Shown here one piece after another: positions 1 to 10,437 of a DNA stretch of 64,000 bases. A program made the translations under genes and the position numbers. The notes beneath the pieces are model-generated. The model saw only the letters and a program-made list of their open reading frames with translations. It was not told the origin of the DNA and ran no database searches. Every line of letters begins with the position of its first letter. The first letter of the stretch is position 1. Location of the stretch: positions 64,001 to 128,000 of the forward strand of contig CBDCLE010000010.1 in assembly GCA_965218585.1 (NCBI GenBank). The letters are read 5' to 3'. The DNA comes from Terriglobia bacterium. GTDB lineage: Bacteria > Acidobacteriota > Terriglobia > 20CM-2-55-15.

Positions 1-1302
1 CTCAGCGCGATATCCGAACGGATCCGAAAGCGCGAATCCTCCGCCATCGAAACCACGACCTTCTTTCTGGATCGAATCGCGCGGTCGGATTCGAGGATCC
101 AGGCGTGGACAACCGTAGATTCCGAGGGCGCCCTGAGACAGGCCGAACTTCTCGACAAGGAAACTGAGAAAAACCGGTATCGGGGCCCGCTCCACGGAGT
201 CCCAATTGGCCTAAAAGACATCTTTGAAACACGTGGGCTCCGGACGACGATGGGATCGTCGTTGTTCGAGAACCACGTGCCGGACCGTGATGCTGTTGTC
301 GTTGGGCAGCTAAAGGAAGCAGGGGCCATCGTTCTCGGGAAAACGGTGACGGCCGAGTTTGCCTACTTCGACCCGGGGCCGACGCGTAATCCCTGGAATT
401 TGGACCATACGCCGGGTGGATCCAGCAGCGGATCGGCTGCCGCTGTTGCCGCAGGGATGTGTCCGGTAGCTACAGGGACTCAGACGGCGGGATCTATCGG
501 CCGCCCAGCTGCCTTTTGCGGGATCGTGGGCCTGATGCCTACTGCCTCTCGAGTGTCGAGGGAAGGGGTCTTCCCTAATTCCTGGTCGCTGGATCATATC
601 GGCTCATTTGGGCGCACTGTGGACGACGTGTCAATTATGACTTCCGTCATGGCCGGAGAATCTCTGTCGAATGCGACCGCGCTCGAGGGGAAAAACATCC
701 GCATAGGTGTCGTGAGAGAGTTCTTCCAGGCACACTCGACTCCCGAAGCCTGGGCTGTTCATCAACAGCTGATCGATCAGTTGAAGAGGGCCGGTCTGGG
801 GATCCGCGAACTGTCTCTTCCTCCAACATTCGGTATCGCCGTTGCAGCGCTTCGAACGATCATGCGCGTCGAGCTCGCCGCTGCTCACATGGACCTCCAT
901 GCGCGACACAAGAACGAATACGGCGCCAAGCTGCGCGGAATGATTGAAAGCGGCATTCTTCTTTCTGCAACCGACTATCTTCGGGCCAGGCGCTTGCGAC
1001 GCCGCTATCAGAGGGAAATGCTTGAACTGTTCGACGGCTGTAATGTCATCCTGTCGCCGGGAGCCTGCGGTACAGCTCCGAAGGGCATCAGCACTACCGG
1101 AGATCCCATCATATCCACTCCCTGGACATTGGCAGACTTTCCAACGCTTTCGCTGCCTGTTGGACTCGGCCCGGACCGTCTCCCCCTGGGCATACAACTG
1201 AGCGCAGCACCGCTTGCGGAAGACCGGCTGATTAGAACCGGCAAATGGTTCGAACAGTTTGTGGGTTTCGAAGGACGACCAGTTCTCGAAAACGAAAACT
1301 AA
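1..1302 (+). CDS. Amidase signature family protein (5' partial)
   Basis: Frame is open from base 1 (GPLHGVPIGLKD). It has the GGSSSGSAAAVA and GTQTAGSIGRPAAFCG amidase signature. Confidence 0.9.
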   Translation, partial: LSAISERIRKRESSAIETTTFFLDRIARSDSRIQAWTTVDSEGALRQAELLDKETEKNRYRGPLHGVPIGLKDIFETRGLRTTMGSSLFENHVPDRDAVVVGQLKEAGAIVLGKTVTAEFAYFDPGPTRNPWNLDHTPGGSSSGSAAAVAAGMCPVATGTQTAGSIGRPAAFCGIVGLMPTASRVSREGVFPNSWSLDHIGSFGRTVDDVSIMTSVMAGESLSNATALEGKNIRIGVVREFFQAHSTPEAWAVHQQLIDQLKRAGLGIRELSLPPTFGIAVAALRTIMRVELAAAHMDLHARHKNEYGAKLRGMIESGILLSATDYLRARRLRRRYQREMLELFDGCNVILSPGACGTAPKGISTTGDPIISTPWTLADFPTLSLPVGLGPDRLPLGIQLSAAPLAEDRLIRTGKWFEQFVGFEGRPVLENEN

Positions 1303-1323
1303 CAGGTTACGATAAGACACCCA

Positions 1324-2190
1324 ATGGTTCGCTCCTCTACAGCACTGGCACTCCTCAAAGTTCTTATAACTACGGCCTGGGCAGATTCAGAGCTATCGCA
1401 AGCCGAGTTGAATTACATCAAGGAACTTGCGCGGCGTTTCGATCTGGACGACTCGGACTGGTTTGAACTCCAGCCTTATATCGAAGACCCCGTATCTGAG
1501 GAAGAACAGATGGCGGTCATCCAGGATCTTCTGTCGAGAATAGGATCGTCTTCAGAACGCCAGACTGTTATCAAACACATCGAAGGGATCATTCATGCCG
1601 ATGACCGCGTGACCGAGGAAGAACGGAAACTCTTAGAGCGTTATGAAGCAGTACTCGCCAAGCCCTCGTCACTAGACCTGATGCTCAGCGGCCTGAAAAA
1701 TCTGTTCCAGTCGCCGCCACGCAAGTCGCAAGTAGATGTGGACGAATTCCTGAGAAACAAGATCCTTTTTAAACTGCGTCGACGGGCGGGAGATGACCAG
1801 ATTACTCCCGAGATGCATCGCCTGGCACTGTTAGGGGGTTTGATGGGTGTCGTCGCCCACGCCGATCACGACATCAACGAACGCGAACTGGCTGAAATTC
1901 GGCGACGGCTCTCCGAGCGCGGTGACTTCGATGACACGGCGCTGGACCTCCTGCTGACTATCATTCATGAAGAATCTGTCCGGGGACTCGATCGCTATCG
2001 TATGATCAACGAATACGCCGGAGACTCGAGCCTGGAAGAACGGGTTGAACTACTCGACCTGCTGTTTGCAGTGGCTTCCGCCGACGGCGGACTGACCCAC
2101 ACGGAACTGGAAGAATTGCGAGCTGTTTCTTCCGCCCTCCACCTGAGCCACAAACAGTACATCAACGCGAAGGTGCGCGCTAAAAAGTAA
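1324..2190 (+). CDS. TerB-family (tellurite resistance/DjlA N-terminal-like) tandem-domain protein
   Basis: Repeated AxAD..E motifs (AWADSELSQAE, AHADHDINERE, ASADGGLTHTE). Confidence 0.75.
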   Translation: MVRSSTALALLKVLITTAWADSELSQAELNYIKELARRFDLDDSDWFELQPYIEDPVSEEEQMAVIQDLLSRIGSSSERQTVIKHIEGIIHADDRVTEEERKLLERYEAVLAKPSSLDLMLSGLKNLFQSPPRKSQVDVDEFLRNKILFKLRRRAGDDQITPEMHRLALLGGLMGVVAHADHDINERELAEIRRRLSERGDFDDTALDLLLTIIHEESVRGLDRYRMINEYAGDSSLEERVELLDLLFAVASADGGLTHTELEELRAVSSALHLSHKQYINAKVRAKK

Positions 2191-2192
2191 CG

Positions 2193-2846
2193 CTAGGCCC
2201 GAGCCAGAGCCAGGACTCTCGGCTCGTGAATGACGAAGAGCGGCGCGACAGCCTTAAACGTCCCGAGGGCGATCCGTTTGAACCCCGCGGAATTCATTCG
2301 AACCATTTCATCCTGATCAATACGACGGCCGATCACCAGCTGACCGTCTCTTCGGCGCATCAACTCCTTGCCGAGTTCGACAAATTCTTTGCGCGACCAA
2401 CCTTTCAGTTCGGCTTCCGGGCGCTCGTTATGTTCGTCCCGGAACCACGCCAGCTTTTTCCCCCCGCCCACTGTTTCGGTAATGTGGGGAATGTCTCGCT
2501 TCCACTTCAGAGCCCATTCAGCCTTGTCGTAATATTCAGGTCCCACTTCGAACAGAAGTCGAACACAATTACGCGATACGGCAAGCTTGAAATGTACGTC
2601 CTTTTTGTAGCCCCGTTTGTCCCCACCCAGGGCGGCCCAGGTATCGTCGGGCGGGTTTACGGTCCGCCGTGCGTGCTTGGCTACATGCACGTAGAGAGGT
2701 TGATCCACGAGGCCGGCGACGCCTGGCGCGAGAGCCTCTCCCATTTCAGTCAGCCTGGGCCGGATCCGGCCGCGAATCGCCTCCATACGTTCCTCAAAAC
2801 CCTCGATGTCGAAAACCTTGAAATCCTTGGAAGTGAACAGTTCCAT
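2193..2846 (-). CDS. DUF1054/YktB-like protein
   Basis: FTxKDFxVFxIxG..RMxAIR and HVAKHARRTVNPPxDTW motifs. Confidence 0.8.
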   Translation of the reverse strand: MELFTSKDFKVFDIEGFEERMEAIRGRIRPRLTEMGEALAPGVAGLVDQPLYVHVAKHARRTVNPPDDTWAALGGDKRGYKKDVHFKLAVSRNCVRLLFEVGPEYYDKAEWALKWKRDIPHITETVGGGKKLAWFRDEHNERPEAELKGWSRKEFVELGKELMRRRDGQLVIGRRIDQDEMVRMNSAGFKRIALGTFKAVAPLFVIHEPRVLALARA

Positions 2847-2990
2847 AGTCTCCTCTTCTGTCGTTGGTTAATGCGATCATTCTAAAACATCGAATCGGAC
2901 GGCGTCTCATTGTGTTCGATAAAGATGAAATTTCGTTTTATGCCACAACAATCCGCGACACCCGTCCCTGGATTCAGTAAACTTTTACGA

Positions 2991-4823
2991 ATGTCCTCCC
3001 ATTCGCAATTGAGACGCCAAGGCCGGCTGCTGGGCTCGGTTGGGATTCTCGTTGGACTTCTGCTGCTCAATCCTTCGGCCAGTGCGGCCCAGGCGATCTA
3101 TGCAGCAAATCAGATGCCTGCCAACGGGGTCTCGATCGAATACGAAATCACAATCGACGACCCATCCTCCCACCTATACACCGTCGAAATGGACATTCGA
3201 GGAGTGCGGGACCAGACTTTGCAGTTAGCAATGCCCGCCTGGGCTCCGGGAGACCACAGGATTCGGGACTTTGCCCGTAACGTCCAGAACTTTCGGGTAC
3301 AGACCCGATCCGGAGAAAGAACTCTCAACTGGCAGAAGGCAGACAAGCAGACATGGGAGATCGTCAAAGGACTGGATGAGGATGTCGAGGTCACTTACGA
3401 CGTCTATTCGACGGAATTGACCTCCCAGATGGCGGATATTTCAGGTCCCGCAACTTACATGTACGTGGTTGGACACAAGCACGTCCCTGTCACTCTGCGA
3501 TACGAAAAGCCCGGCGCCTGGAACGTGTACACGGGCCTTCGAAACAGTCGGGGGACCTACCGCGCTCCAGATTACGACGTCTTCATCGATGCCCCTGCTT
3601 TTGTCGGGCCGTTCGGATTGCTGGAATTCACATTGGAAGATGTGGAGTATCGTCTCGTCTTCAGCGAACCCGACGTGGAATTCAACGAAGATCAAATTCT
3701 GACCGACATACGAGACATTGTCACCGCCGCCGTAGATGTGTTCGGGCCAGCGCCTGTTGACAGTTACACCTTTTTGTTCAAAGTCCTCCCGGCTCCCGGA
3801 AGCGGCGGACTCGAACACCTCAACTCGACACGCATAACCGTCGGAAGAAACGATTTCGCCAATGGGCCCCGATACGAACGTTTTCTTTTCGTAGTTGCGC
3901 ACGAATTCTTTCATCTCTGGAACGGAAAACGCATACGGCCCGCCGCTGAGAGCGCCTTCGACTATACGCGTGAAGCACCCTCCCGGCTTCTCTGGGCGAC
4001 GGAAGGATTGACCAGCTACTATGCTCGCCTGCTCCTCGCTCGCGCGCGAATTCTACCGATAGAAACCTACCTTGCCCAACTGGGACTGGAAGTGAATCGC
4101 TTTCAGCATCGACCTGGGCGTTTCCTGATGAACCTTGAGGAAGCCAGTTGGGAAGTCTGGGCGCCGAGTGACAACAGCGACAACAACAGTATTTCTTACT
4201 TCACGAAAGGCGAGATCGTGGGTTTCCTCCTCGACATGGAAATCCGAGCGCGGACCGGTGGAGATAAGAGCCTCGACGACGTCATGCGGTATCTGTTGGA
4301 AACCTACGCCGACCAAGGGGTCGGCGTACCTGAAGAAGGGTTTCTCAGCGCGTTGAACGAGGTCGCGGGATCGGATTTCGAGGAAGCCTACACGTCTCTT
4401 GTTCAGGGCCGTGCCGAACCCGATTACAACCGCTATGCCGGTCAGGCGGGCCTGAATGTAAGAGTCGACCGACAACTCCCGGCACTGTATATGGGAGTTC
4501 AGGTTCAAGAAGGTGAGGGTGGTACGGCACGGATCTCAAGGGTGGTTCCTGCCAGCCCTGCCGCGGAGGCCGGCTTCGACGCCGGAGACATTCTCTTGGC
4601 ATTCGCGGACCGGCGCATTACGTTCAACAATTTTCAGAGCGAACTCCGCCGACGAAAACTGGGAGAAACCATTGACGTCACAATCGCGCGAGGAGACCGG
4701 GTTCTCGCGTTGGAGTTCAGACCCGGTGAGAACCAGGAAACAACCTGGAGTATAGTAGAGACTTCGAACCCTACGCCGGAACAGTTGGAAATCAGAAATA
4801 GTTGGATCGGAGCTTTCAATTAG
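2991..4823 (+). CDS. M61 glycyl aminopeptidase with C-terminal PDZ domain
   Basis: Signal peptide, GGLEH, HEFFHLWNGKRIRP, LWxTEGxTSYY, and a PDZ segment (SPAAEAG..GD). Start uncertain (2910-2991). Confidence 0.9.
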   Translation: MSSHSQLRRQGRLLGSVGILVGLLLLNPSASAAQAIYAANQMPANGVSIEYEITIDDPSSHLYTVEMDIRGVRDQTLQLAMPAWAPGDHRIRDFARNVQNFRVQTRSGERTLNWQKADKQTWEIVKGLDEDVEVTYDVYSTELTSQMADISGPATYMYVVGHKHVPVTLRYEKPGAWNVYTGLRNSRGTYRAPDYDVFIDAPAFVGPFGLLEFTLEDVEYRLVFSEPDVEFNEDQILTDIRDIVTAAVDVFGPAPVDSYTFLFKVLPAPGSGGLEHLNSTRITVGRNDFANGPRYERFLFVVAHEFFHLWNGKRIRPAAESAFDYTREAPSRLLWATEGLTSYYARLLLARARILPIETYLAQLGLEVNRFQHRPGRFLMNLEEASWEVWAPSDNSDNNSISYFTKGEIVGFLLDMEIRARTGGDKSLDDVMRYLLETYADQGVGVPEEGFLSALNEVAGSDFEEAYTSLVQGRAEPDYNRYAGQAGLNVRVDRQLPALYMGVQVQEGEGGTARISRVVPASPAAEAGFDAGDILLAFADRRITFNNFQSELRRRKLGETIDVTIARGDRVLALEFRPGENQETTWSIVETSNPTPEQLEIRNSWIGAFN

Positions 4824-4846
4824 AAGGAGATAGGAGGGGATTATCG

Positions 4847-5074
4847 ATGGAAATCGAACTCGTTTACTGTCAGGTGTGAAACTATGAGCCTCAGGCGGTC
4901 AGCCTGATAGAAAAGCTCAGTACCGAGTTTAAAACCCGGATCAAACGCTTCGTAATGGTTCCCTCCGACGGGGGACGCTTCGAAGTCAGCGTGAACGGCT
5001 CGCTGATCTATTCGAAACTGGAAACGGGCCGGTTCCCGGAATTTGACGAAATCTCCAAGAAACTGCCAGCCTGA
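4847..5074 (+). CDS. SelT/SelW/SelH (Rdx) family selenoprotein, 75 aa with CxxU; not in the ORF track
   Basis: RBS AGGAGG, then MEIELVYCQV-TGA(4877-4879)-NYEPQAVSL...GGRFEVSVNGSLIYSKLETGRFPE. A SECIS-like hairpin follows the UGA. Confidence 0.88.
4881..4921 (+). promoter_or_regulatory. Candidate bacterial SECIS element
   Basis: Stem TCAGGC/GCCTGA with loop GGTCA starting 17 nt after the UGA. Outer pairing TGAGC/GCTCA. Confidence 0.6.
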
Positions 5075-5079
5075 GAACC

Positions 5080-5105
5080 GAAGGGCGGCCCGAGAGCCGT
5101 CCTTC
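5080..5105. terminator. Hairpin between the convergent selW-like gene and thiD
   Basis: GAAGGGCGGC-ccgaga-GCCGTCCTTC. Confidence 0.5.
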
Positions 5106-5202
5106 CGACACTCACGTCATACTCGAGATAACATCTACTAAGACACACTAGTACAATATGTTAGTAACTTCTGGTCTCTCGACAACAATTACCGGTAACA
5201 GA

Positions 5203-6045
5203 CTACGCCGGCCCCGCCAGATTCAACGGATCCGAAGGCCCATGGCCATGGCCTAGCTGAAGACGGTTCCGGATGGCGGCCAACGTGAATCTCTTCCCTG
5301 CACTGACTGCCTCCTGCATGGTCTCTCCACGCGCAAGATAGGCCGTAATCGCGGAGGAAAGAACACATCCGGTACCGCGGGATTCCGCATTCTCGATTCT
5401 TTCGCCTTCGAGACGATCCAACTTCTCGCCGTCAAAAAACACGTCGACGGCCATGTCACCTTCCAGGTGTCCGCCTTTTACGAGAACATTGGCGGCGCCT
5501 AGGTCGTGGAGTCGGCGGGCTGCCTTTTCCATCGCCGGCACGGTCCGAACAGGCTCCCCGACCAACGCTTCCGCCTCATCAAGGTTAGGTGTCACCAGTG
5601 TTATCAACGGGAACATACAGTCGCGAAAGACGTCTTGCGCATCGGAATCAAGCAGCATCGTTCCCGAACTGGACTTCATTACCGGATCCAGGACAACCTG
5701 ACGGCAATTGTATTCGGCTAACTTTCTGGAAACGATCTCGGCATTGGCGGCGCTGGCCAACATCCCAATCTTGACCCCGTCAGGTGAAATGTCACCCATC
5801 ACAGCGTCCAGTTGCGCCGTCAAAACGCTCCCTCCAACATCGAAGACTCCACTCACTCGCCCGGTGTTCTGGGCCGTGAGGGCTGTCACCACAGCCATTC
5901 CGTAGACTCTTAGAGCGGAAAAGGTCTTCAGGTCAGCCCCGATTCCAGCCGCGCCGCTGGGGTCAGATCCTGCAATGGCTAGTGCCGTGGGTATCACGAT
6001 GCTCTCGGGTTTGCTGATCGTTTGAGTTGCACGGTTCTGGGCCAC
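5203..6045 (-). CDS. thiD: Hydroxymethylpyrimidine/phosphomethylpyrimidine kinase
   Basis: IAGSDPSGAAGIGADLKTF, VLDPVM, TPNLDEA, KGGH, GTGC. Confidence 0.93.
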   Translation of the reverse strand: MAQNRATQTISKPESIVIPTALAIAGSDPSGAAGIGADLKTFSALRVYGMAVVTALTAQNTGRVSGVFDVGGSVLTAQLDAVMGDISPDGVKIGMLASAANAEIVSRKLAEYNCRQVVLDPVMKSSSGTMLLDSDAQDVFRDCMFPLITLVTPNLDEAEALVGEPVRTVPAMEKAARRLHDLGAANVLVKGGHLEGDMAVDVFFDGEKLDRLEGERIENAESRGTGCVLSSAITAYLARGETMQEAVSAGKRFTLAAIRNRLQLGHGHGPSDPLNLAGPA

Positions 6046-6164
6046 ATCATCGCATTATATCGTTGGAAAGGAACGGTGAGGGCCGAGGATAAAACGGTCC
6101 CGGATAGAACGAACCGTATTCGGGAACACTTCAGGCTGAATAACAGGACTGCTACAATGTCCGC

Positions 6165-6773
6165 ATGTTGGCAAGAACCTTCACGTGTTTACTGGCCATG
6201 GGACCCGTCGGGTTTGCCCAGGTACCCGCAGGACCGCCTTTTGACCCGGATGTCCATCCCAATCCGATCGTTACTTTCGTTCGGAGCAGTGATTTTTCTC
6301 CGACGACATATGATGAAGCAGCAGACAACGCCGGCATTGAGATCGTTGGCCTGTCCTCGGGCACGGCAACCCGGGAAAGTATCGAGATTACCGAGGGTAG
6401 TGTGGAGGAAGTTAAGATCCTCGGTCGGGACATCGAAACTCTCTTCTTCCCTGTTGTGCGGCAACGATTTCAGTTGAACGCCGGCGGGACGCTGACGCTC
6501 TATTCATTCAGAAACCCGAGACCGGACATTGCAGATCGTTTTCTGACATCGGTACTCAACCAACACGCCTTCGCGTCCGAAGACGATCCCTAAAAAGCCC
6601 GCTTCGGAGGGATCGCTGCTCCTGAGCAACTCGGGGTCCTGGGCGTGCCCGCGCTGTTGTTTAACAACGATGGCGAGCTGACGCTGTTCTGGCAGGACCA
6701 GAATGCGTCCTATGTGGCGGACTCGACCATAGATACTGATGCGCTCCTGCGCCTGGTCGAAGACCTGCTCTAG
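6165..6773 (+). pseudogene. Exported hypothetical protein with a premature TAA at 6591-6593
   Basis: Signal peptide. After the TAA the same frame runs 59 codons (KARFGGIAAPEQLGVLG...LTLFWQDQ...LLRLVEDLL) to TAG at 6771-6773. Confidence 0.6.
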
Positions 6774-7046
6774 TGACCTGTACCACCCATATTGGGACCA
6801 GCGTTGCGGCCAAACGGCATTGGATTCTAGGAGTCAGCGACGAGGAAATGCTTCGTTATTGCGAGGAGCTGACGACAACGAAGACGATGCCGTTTCGCCG
6901 TAACCCTAGGGGCCGATGGGGGTTGCGTGCGATATCTTTGTTACGAGCCGTCATTGATGCGATAACATCAATTTCCGTCTCGCGCCGCGATCTCGCCCGC
7001 AAGACCCATCGGCGCTGGTCCCAATATGGGTCGTACAGGCCACTAG
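6770..7046. mobile_element. MITE-like element (277 bp) bounded by 34-bp inverted repeats with CTAG ends
   Basis: CTAGTGACCTGTACCACCCATATTGGGACCAGCG (6770-6803) matches the reverse complement of 7013-7046 at 32/34 positions. No transposase inside. Confidence 0.75.
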
Positions 7047-7081
7047 TGGGAAACACTGTATAGAGAATCCCTGAAAGCACT

Positions 7082-9379
7082 GTGAATCGCCTCGACAGAT
7101 ATATCTTCCGCGAAGTCCTCACTCCGACTCTGATCGCTCTGATCGCGCTCACCTTCGTGATCGTCGGCCGTGAGCTGAGCGCGTTGCTCGAACTGATGGT
7201 CCGCCGCTCCGCGACTGGCTACGAACTGTTTTCGATAACGGCGGCCATCATTCCCGGAGCTTTGATGTTCACGATTCCCACTGCGGTTCTCGTGGGTGTG
7301 TTGACCGGATTCGGGCGCCTTTCTTCCGACAGTGAAAGTGTGGCTTTCAGAGCTGCGGGTCTGTCCATGATGACGATCCTGCGACCCGTACTGACTCTGG
7401 GCCTCCTGGCATGGGGCGCTAATTTCTACCTGTCAGTCTGGGTTGCACCAACGGCAGCTGCCAACCTCCAGCAGATCACGCGATCCATCGGAATTCGACA
7501 ACTCGCTCTGGAACTTCAGCCCCGAGTTTTTAACGAAGACGTAGAAGATCTGGTCCTCTACGTTCAGGATGTTTCCCCGGACGGGAGCGAATGGCGGGGC
7601 ATTCTCCTCGCCGACCTGGAAAATCCAGACGAACCTCAGGTCACCTTCGCACAATCGGGCCAGTTGATCAGCGATCCTGAGAATGAGCAGTACCAGTTGA
7701 CGCTGCTGAATGCCAGCCGGCATGAAGTCTCTCCTTTGACACCAGATCGCTTTTCCTCAACTCGATTCGCCACATTGACGCTACCTATTCCGATTTCTAA
7801 CGAAACCATGGCCGCCCCGGAGTCGACGCCATTTGAATTGTCGACCCGGGCTCTCTGGAGTGCAGTTCAGGCCGGCTCGGCCACGTATGCCGAGCAGGTC
7901 GAATTTCACCGCCGTCTGGCACTTCCGTTTGCCTCGCTGGCCTTCGCCCTGATCGGCTTTCCTCTGGGTCTATCCACGAATAGAGGCGGCCGATCCATGG
8001 GACTGGTCATCAGCGCCGCGCTCATGCTGATCTACTACATGGTCTTCATAGGAGGGACGCGGATTGCGGGCAACGCTCAGATGTCACCCTTCCTGGGAAC
8101 CTGGGGGGCCAACCTTGGCTTTGCCCTGCTGGGAGTGTTCCTGATTCTCCGCTCGGAACGCGAGCGCACCAACCGAGTGCTGGACATCATTCTCGACACC
8201 GGTGAATGGCTCGGCCAACGCTTCTCATCCCTTCGGGGGGGACCCAAGCGAATCAGCAAATGGGCCTACTCGCTCACACACCATCCGACGTGGTTCCGAA
8301 CACTCGATGTCTACGTGCTGAAGAGCTTCTGGTTCTTCTTCCTTCTTGTCCTTGTCGTGTTCGTGGCGATGTTCGTCGTCGTGACTCTCTTCGAGTTACT
8401 ACCCGATATCGTCCAGAACAACGCGAGTGTCGAAGTCGTGGGCAGTTACTTCTTCTACCTTCTGCCGCAGATTCTCTATTGGGTCATTCCCCTCGCTGTC
8501 CTCGTAGCCGTCCTGGTCAACCTTGGAACGTTGACGAAGACGAACGAAACTCTTGCAGTCAAAGCCGGGGCCATAAGCCTCTACCGTATGTCTGTCCCGC
8601 TGCTCCTGACCGGCCTGCTGCTGTCGGGGGGCATCTACGTCATGCAGGACTTTCTTCTGCCCTACACGAACCAGAGGCAGGATGAATTCCGGAATCGAAT
8701 CAAGGGCAGGCCACCTCAGACTTATCGTGACCCATTGCGAAAGTGGATGGCCGGTTCGGACAACCACATCTACTATTACAATTACTTCGATCCCGAGCAG
8801 AACTTCTTCCCAGGCATTTCGGTGTTCGAGTTCGAGCCAGCCACTTTTTCTCTTCGGCGATGGACGTTTGCCGAACAGGCTGGCTGGAACGGCCAGTCGT
8901 GGGCATTCTCCAGCGGATGGACGGCTTCGATCGACGGCAACGGCCAGATGTCGGACTACGATTCGTTCGAACAGCTCGACTACGCCGAGATGAATGAGGA
9001 TCCCGACTATTTCAAAAAGGAAGTACTGACCGCATCTCAGATGAATTACCCGGAGCTGAGTCGCTATATCGACGACCTGAGCCAGAGCGGGTTTGATGTG
9101 AGCGGCCTGACCGTCGATCTATATCGGAAGCTGTCGTTTCCCCTGGTGTCGGCCATCATGGTCATCATTGCCATTCCCTTTTCGTTCACGACTGGCCGCC
9201 GAGGCACTTTTTACGGGATCGGCATATCCATCGTCATCGGAATCAGTTATTGGGCAGCCTTCGAGCTCTTCGACAAGCTGGGGGGAATAAACCAGCTCTC
9301 ACCTCTGATCGCTGCGTGGTTCCCCAACCTGATCTTCGGGTTCAGCGGATTCTGGCTGCTCCTGAAGGTCCGGACGTAA
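7082..9379 (+). CDS. lptF/lptG: Fused LPS export ABC permease LptF-LptG
   Basis: Two YjgP/YjgQ halves (RLDRYIFRE...RLSSDSE; TLDVYV...TNETLAVKAGAIS). Confidence 0.92.
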   Translation: MNRLDRYIFREVLTPTLIALIALTFVIVGRELSALLELMVRRSATGYELFSITAAIIPGALMFTIPTAVLVGVLTGFGRLSSDSESVAFRAAGLSMMTILRPVLTLGLLAWGANFYLSVWVAPTAAANLQQITRSIGIRQLALELQPRVFNEDVEDLVLYVQDVSPDGSEWRGILLADLENPDEPQVTFAQSGQLISDPENEQYQLTLLNASRHEVSPLTPDRFSSTRFATLTLPIPISNETMAAPESTPFELSTRALWSAVQAGSATYAEQVEFHRRLALPFASLAFALIGFPLGLSTNRGGRSMGLVISAALMLIYYMVFIGGTRIAGNAQMSPFLGTWGANLGFALLGVFLILRSERERTNRVLDIILDTGEWLGQRFSSLRGGPKRISKWAYSLTHHPTWFRTLDVYVLKSFWFFFLLVLVVFVAMFVVVTLFELLPDIVQNNASVEVVGSYFFYLLPQILYWVIPLAVLVAVLVNLGTLTKTNETLAVKAGAISLYRMSVPLLLTGLLLSGGIYVMQDFLLPYTNQRQDEFRNRIKGRPPQTYRDPLRKWMAGSDNHIYYYNYFDPEQNFFPGISVFEFEPATFSLRRWTFAEQAGWNGQSWAFSSGWTASIDGNGQMSDYDSFEQLDYAEMNEDPDYFKKEVLTASQMNYPELSRYIDDLSQSGFDVSGLTVDLYRKLSFPLVSAIMVIIAIPFSFTTGRRGTFYGIGISIVIGISYWAAFELFDKLGGINQLSPLIAAWFPNLIFGFSGFWLLLKVRT

Positions 9380-9394
9380 AAAAGGGGAAATTTT

Positions 9395-10285
9395 TTACGC
9401 CCGCGGGTGATGGCTCTGGTAAATCTGCTTGAGTCGTTCGCGGATAACATGCGTGTAAATCTGCGTCGTCGAAATGTCGGCGTGCCCCAGCATCATCTGA
9501 ACGGAACGTAGATCTGCACCGCGTTCCAGCAAATGTGTTGCGAAGGAATGGCGTAACATGTGAGGCGAGATACGTTTCCCAATGCCGGCACGCCTGCCGT
9601 GTCCCTTCAGGATGAGCCAGAAACCGGCACGTGTCAGCCGCTGCCCCCGATAGTTCAGAAAGAGATAGGGGTTGGTCTTTTTCTGACGTCCCCGTTGGAT
9701 ATAGTCCCGAACCGCCTCAGCCGCAGACTCGCCCAACGGCACGATACGTTCCTTGCTGCCCTTTCCCATGGACCGCACAAATCCGTTCTCCAGGTCGATG
9801 GAATCCATCGTCAAGTTGACCAACTCAGATACCCGAAGTCCTGTGGCATAGATCACCTCGAGCATCGCACGGTCCCGGAGTCCCATCGGTTCGGATACAT
9901 CCGGCGCACCAAGGAGGCGATCTACTTCGTCGAACGTCAGAAAATGTGGAAGAGGTTTCCAGGCCTTGGGCACATCGACCCCGGCCGTCGGATTTTCCTG
10001 CATCGCTCCGTCGAGAATGAGAAAACGATAGAGCCCCCGGACCGCGCTCAGCGCCCGGGCAGCAGAACGCGCTCCCAAATCCTTCTCGTAGAGAAACGCC
10101 AGGAAAGCAGACACCTCCGTGGCATCGACGGTGAGAAGATCCTTCTTATCCAGATACTCGGTGTAGGCGGTGAGATCCCGACTGTAAGCCGCAATCGTGT
10201 TTGCCGACAGTCCTTTTTCGATACGGAGGTATTGAATGAACCGGTCGATCCACTGATCGTTCGTCACTGTTCTTTCGTCTGCCAC
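9395..10285 (-). CDS. xerD: Tyrosine recombinase XerD
   Basis: RDRAMLEVIYATGLRVSEL, SPHMLRHSFATHLL, GHADISTTQIYTHV, HPRA end. Confidence 0.95.
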   Translation of the reverse strand: MADERTVTNDQWIDRFIQYLRIEKGLSANTIAAYSRDLTAYTEYLDKKDLLTVDATEVSAFLAFLYEKDLGARSAARALSAVRGLYRFLILDGAMQENPTAGVDVPKAWKPLPHFLTFDEVDRLLGAPDVSEPMGLRDRAMLEVIYATGLRVSELVNLTMDSIDLENGFVRSMGKGSKERIVPLGESAAEAVRDYIQRGRQKKTNPYLFLNYRGQRLTRAGFWLILKGHGRRAGIGKRISPHMLRHSFATHLLERGADLRSVQMMLGHADISTTQIYTHVIRERLKQIYQSHHPRA

Positions 10286-10437
10286 TTCCGTCCTGCACTA
10301 AATATTAAAGGAGCCGCATTGGACAGATGCCCTCCGTTCGGCGATATTTAGAACGGCAACCAGGTTTTTTATCTACAGTCCGATAGCAGCGTTTGTAGGT
10401 GAAACACCACCGGCCACTCGGGACCGAGGAACTCATT

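Noticed and set aside
9395-10285. Tyrosine recombinase as an island or integron integrase
   Set aside because: It has canonical XerD motifs in a housekeeping context, with no att or attC sites seen.
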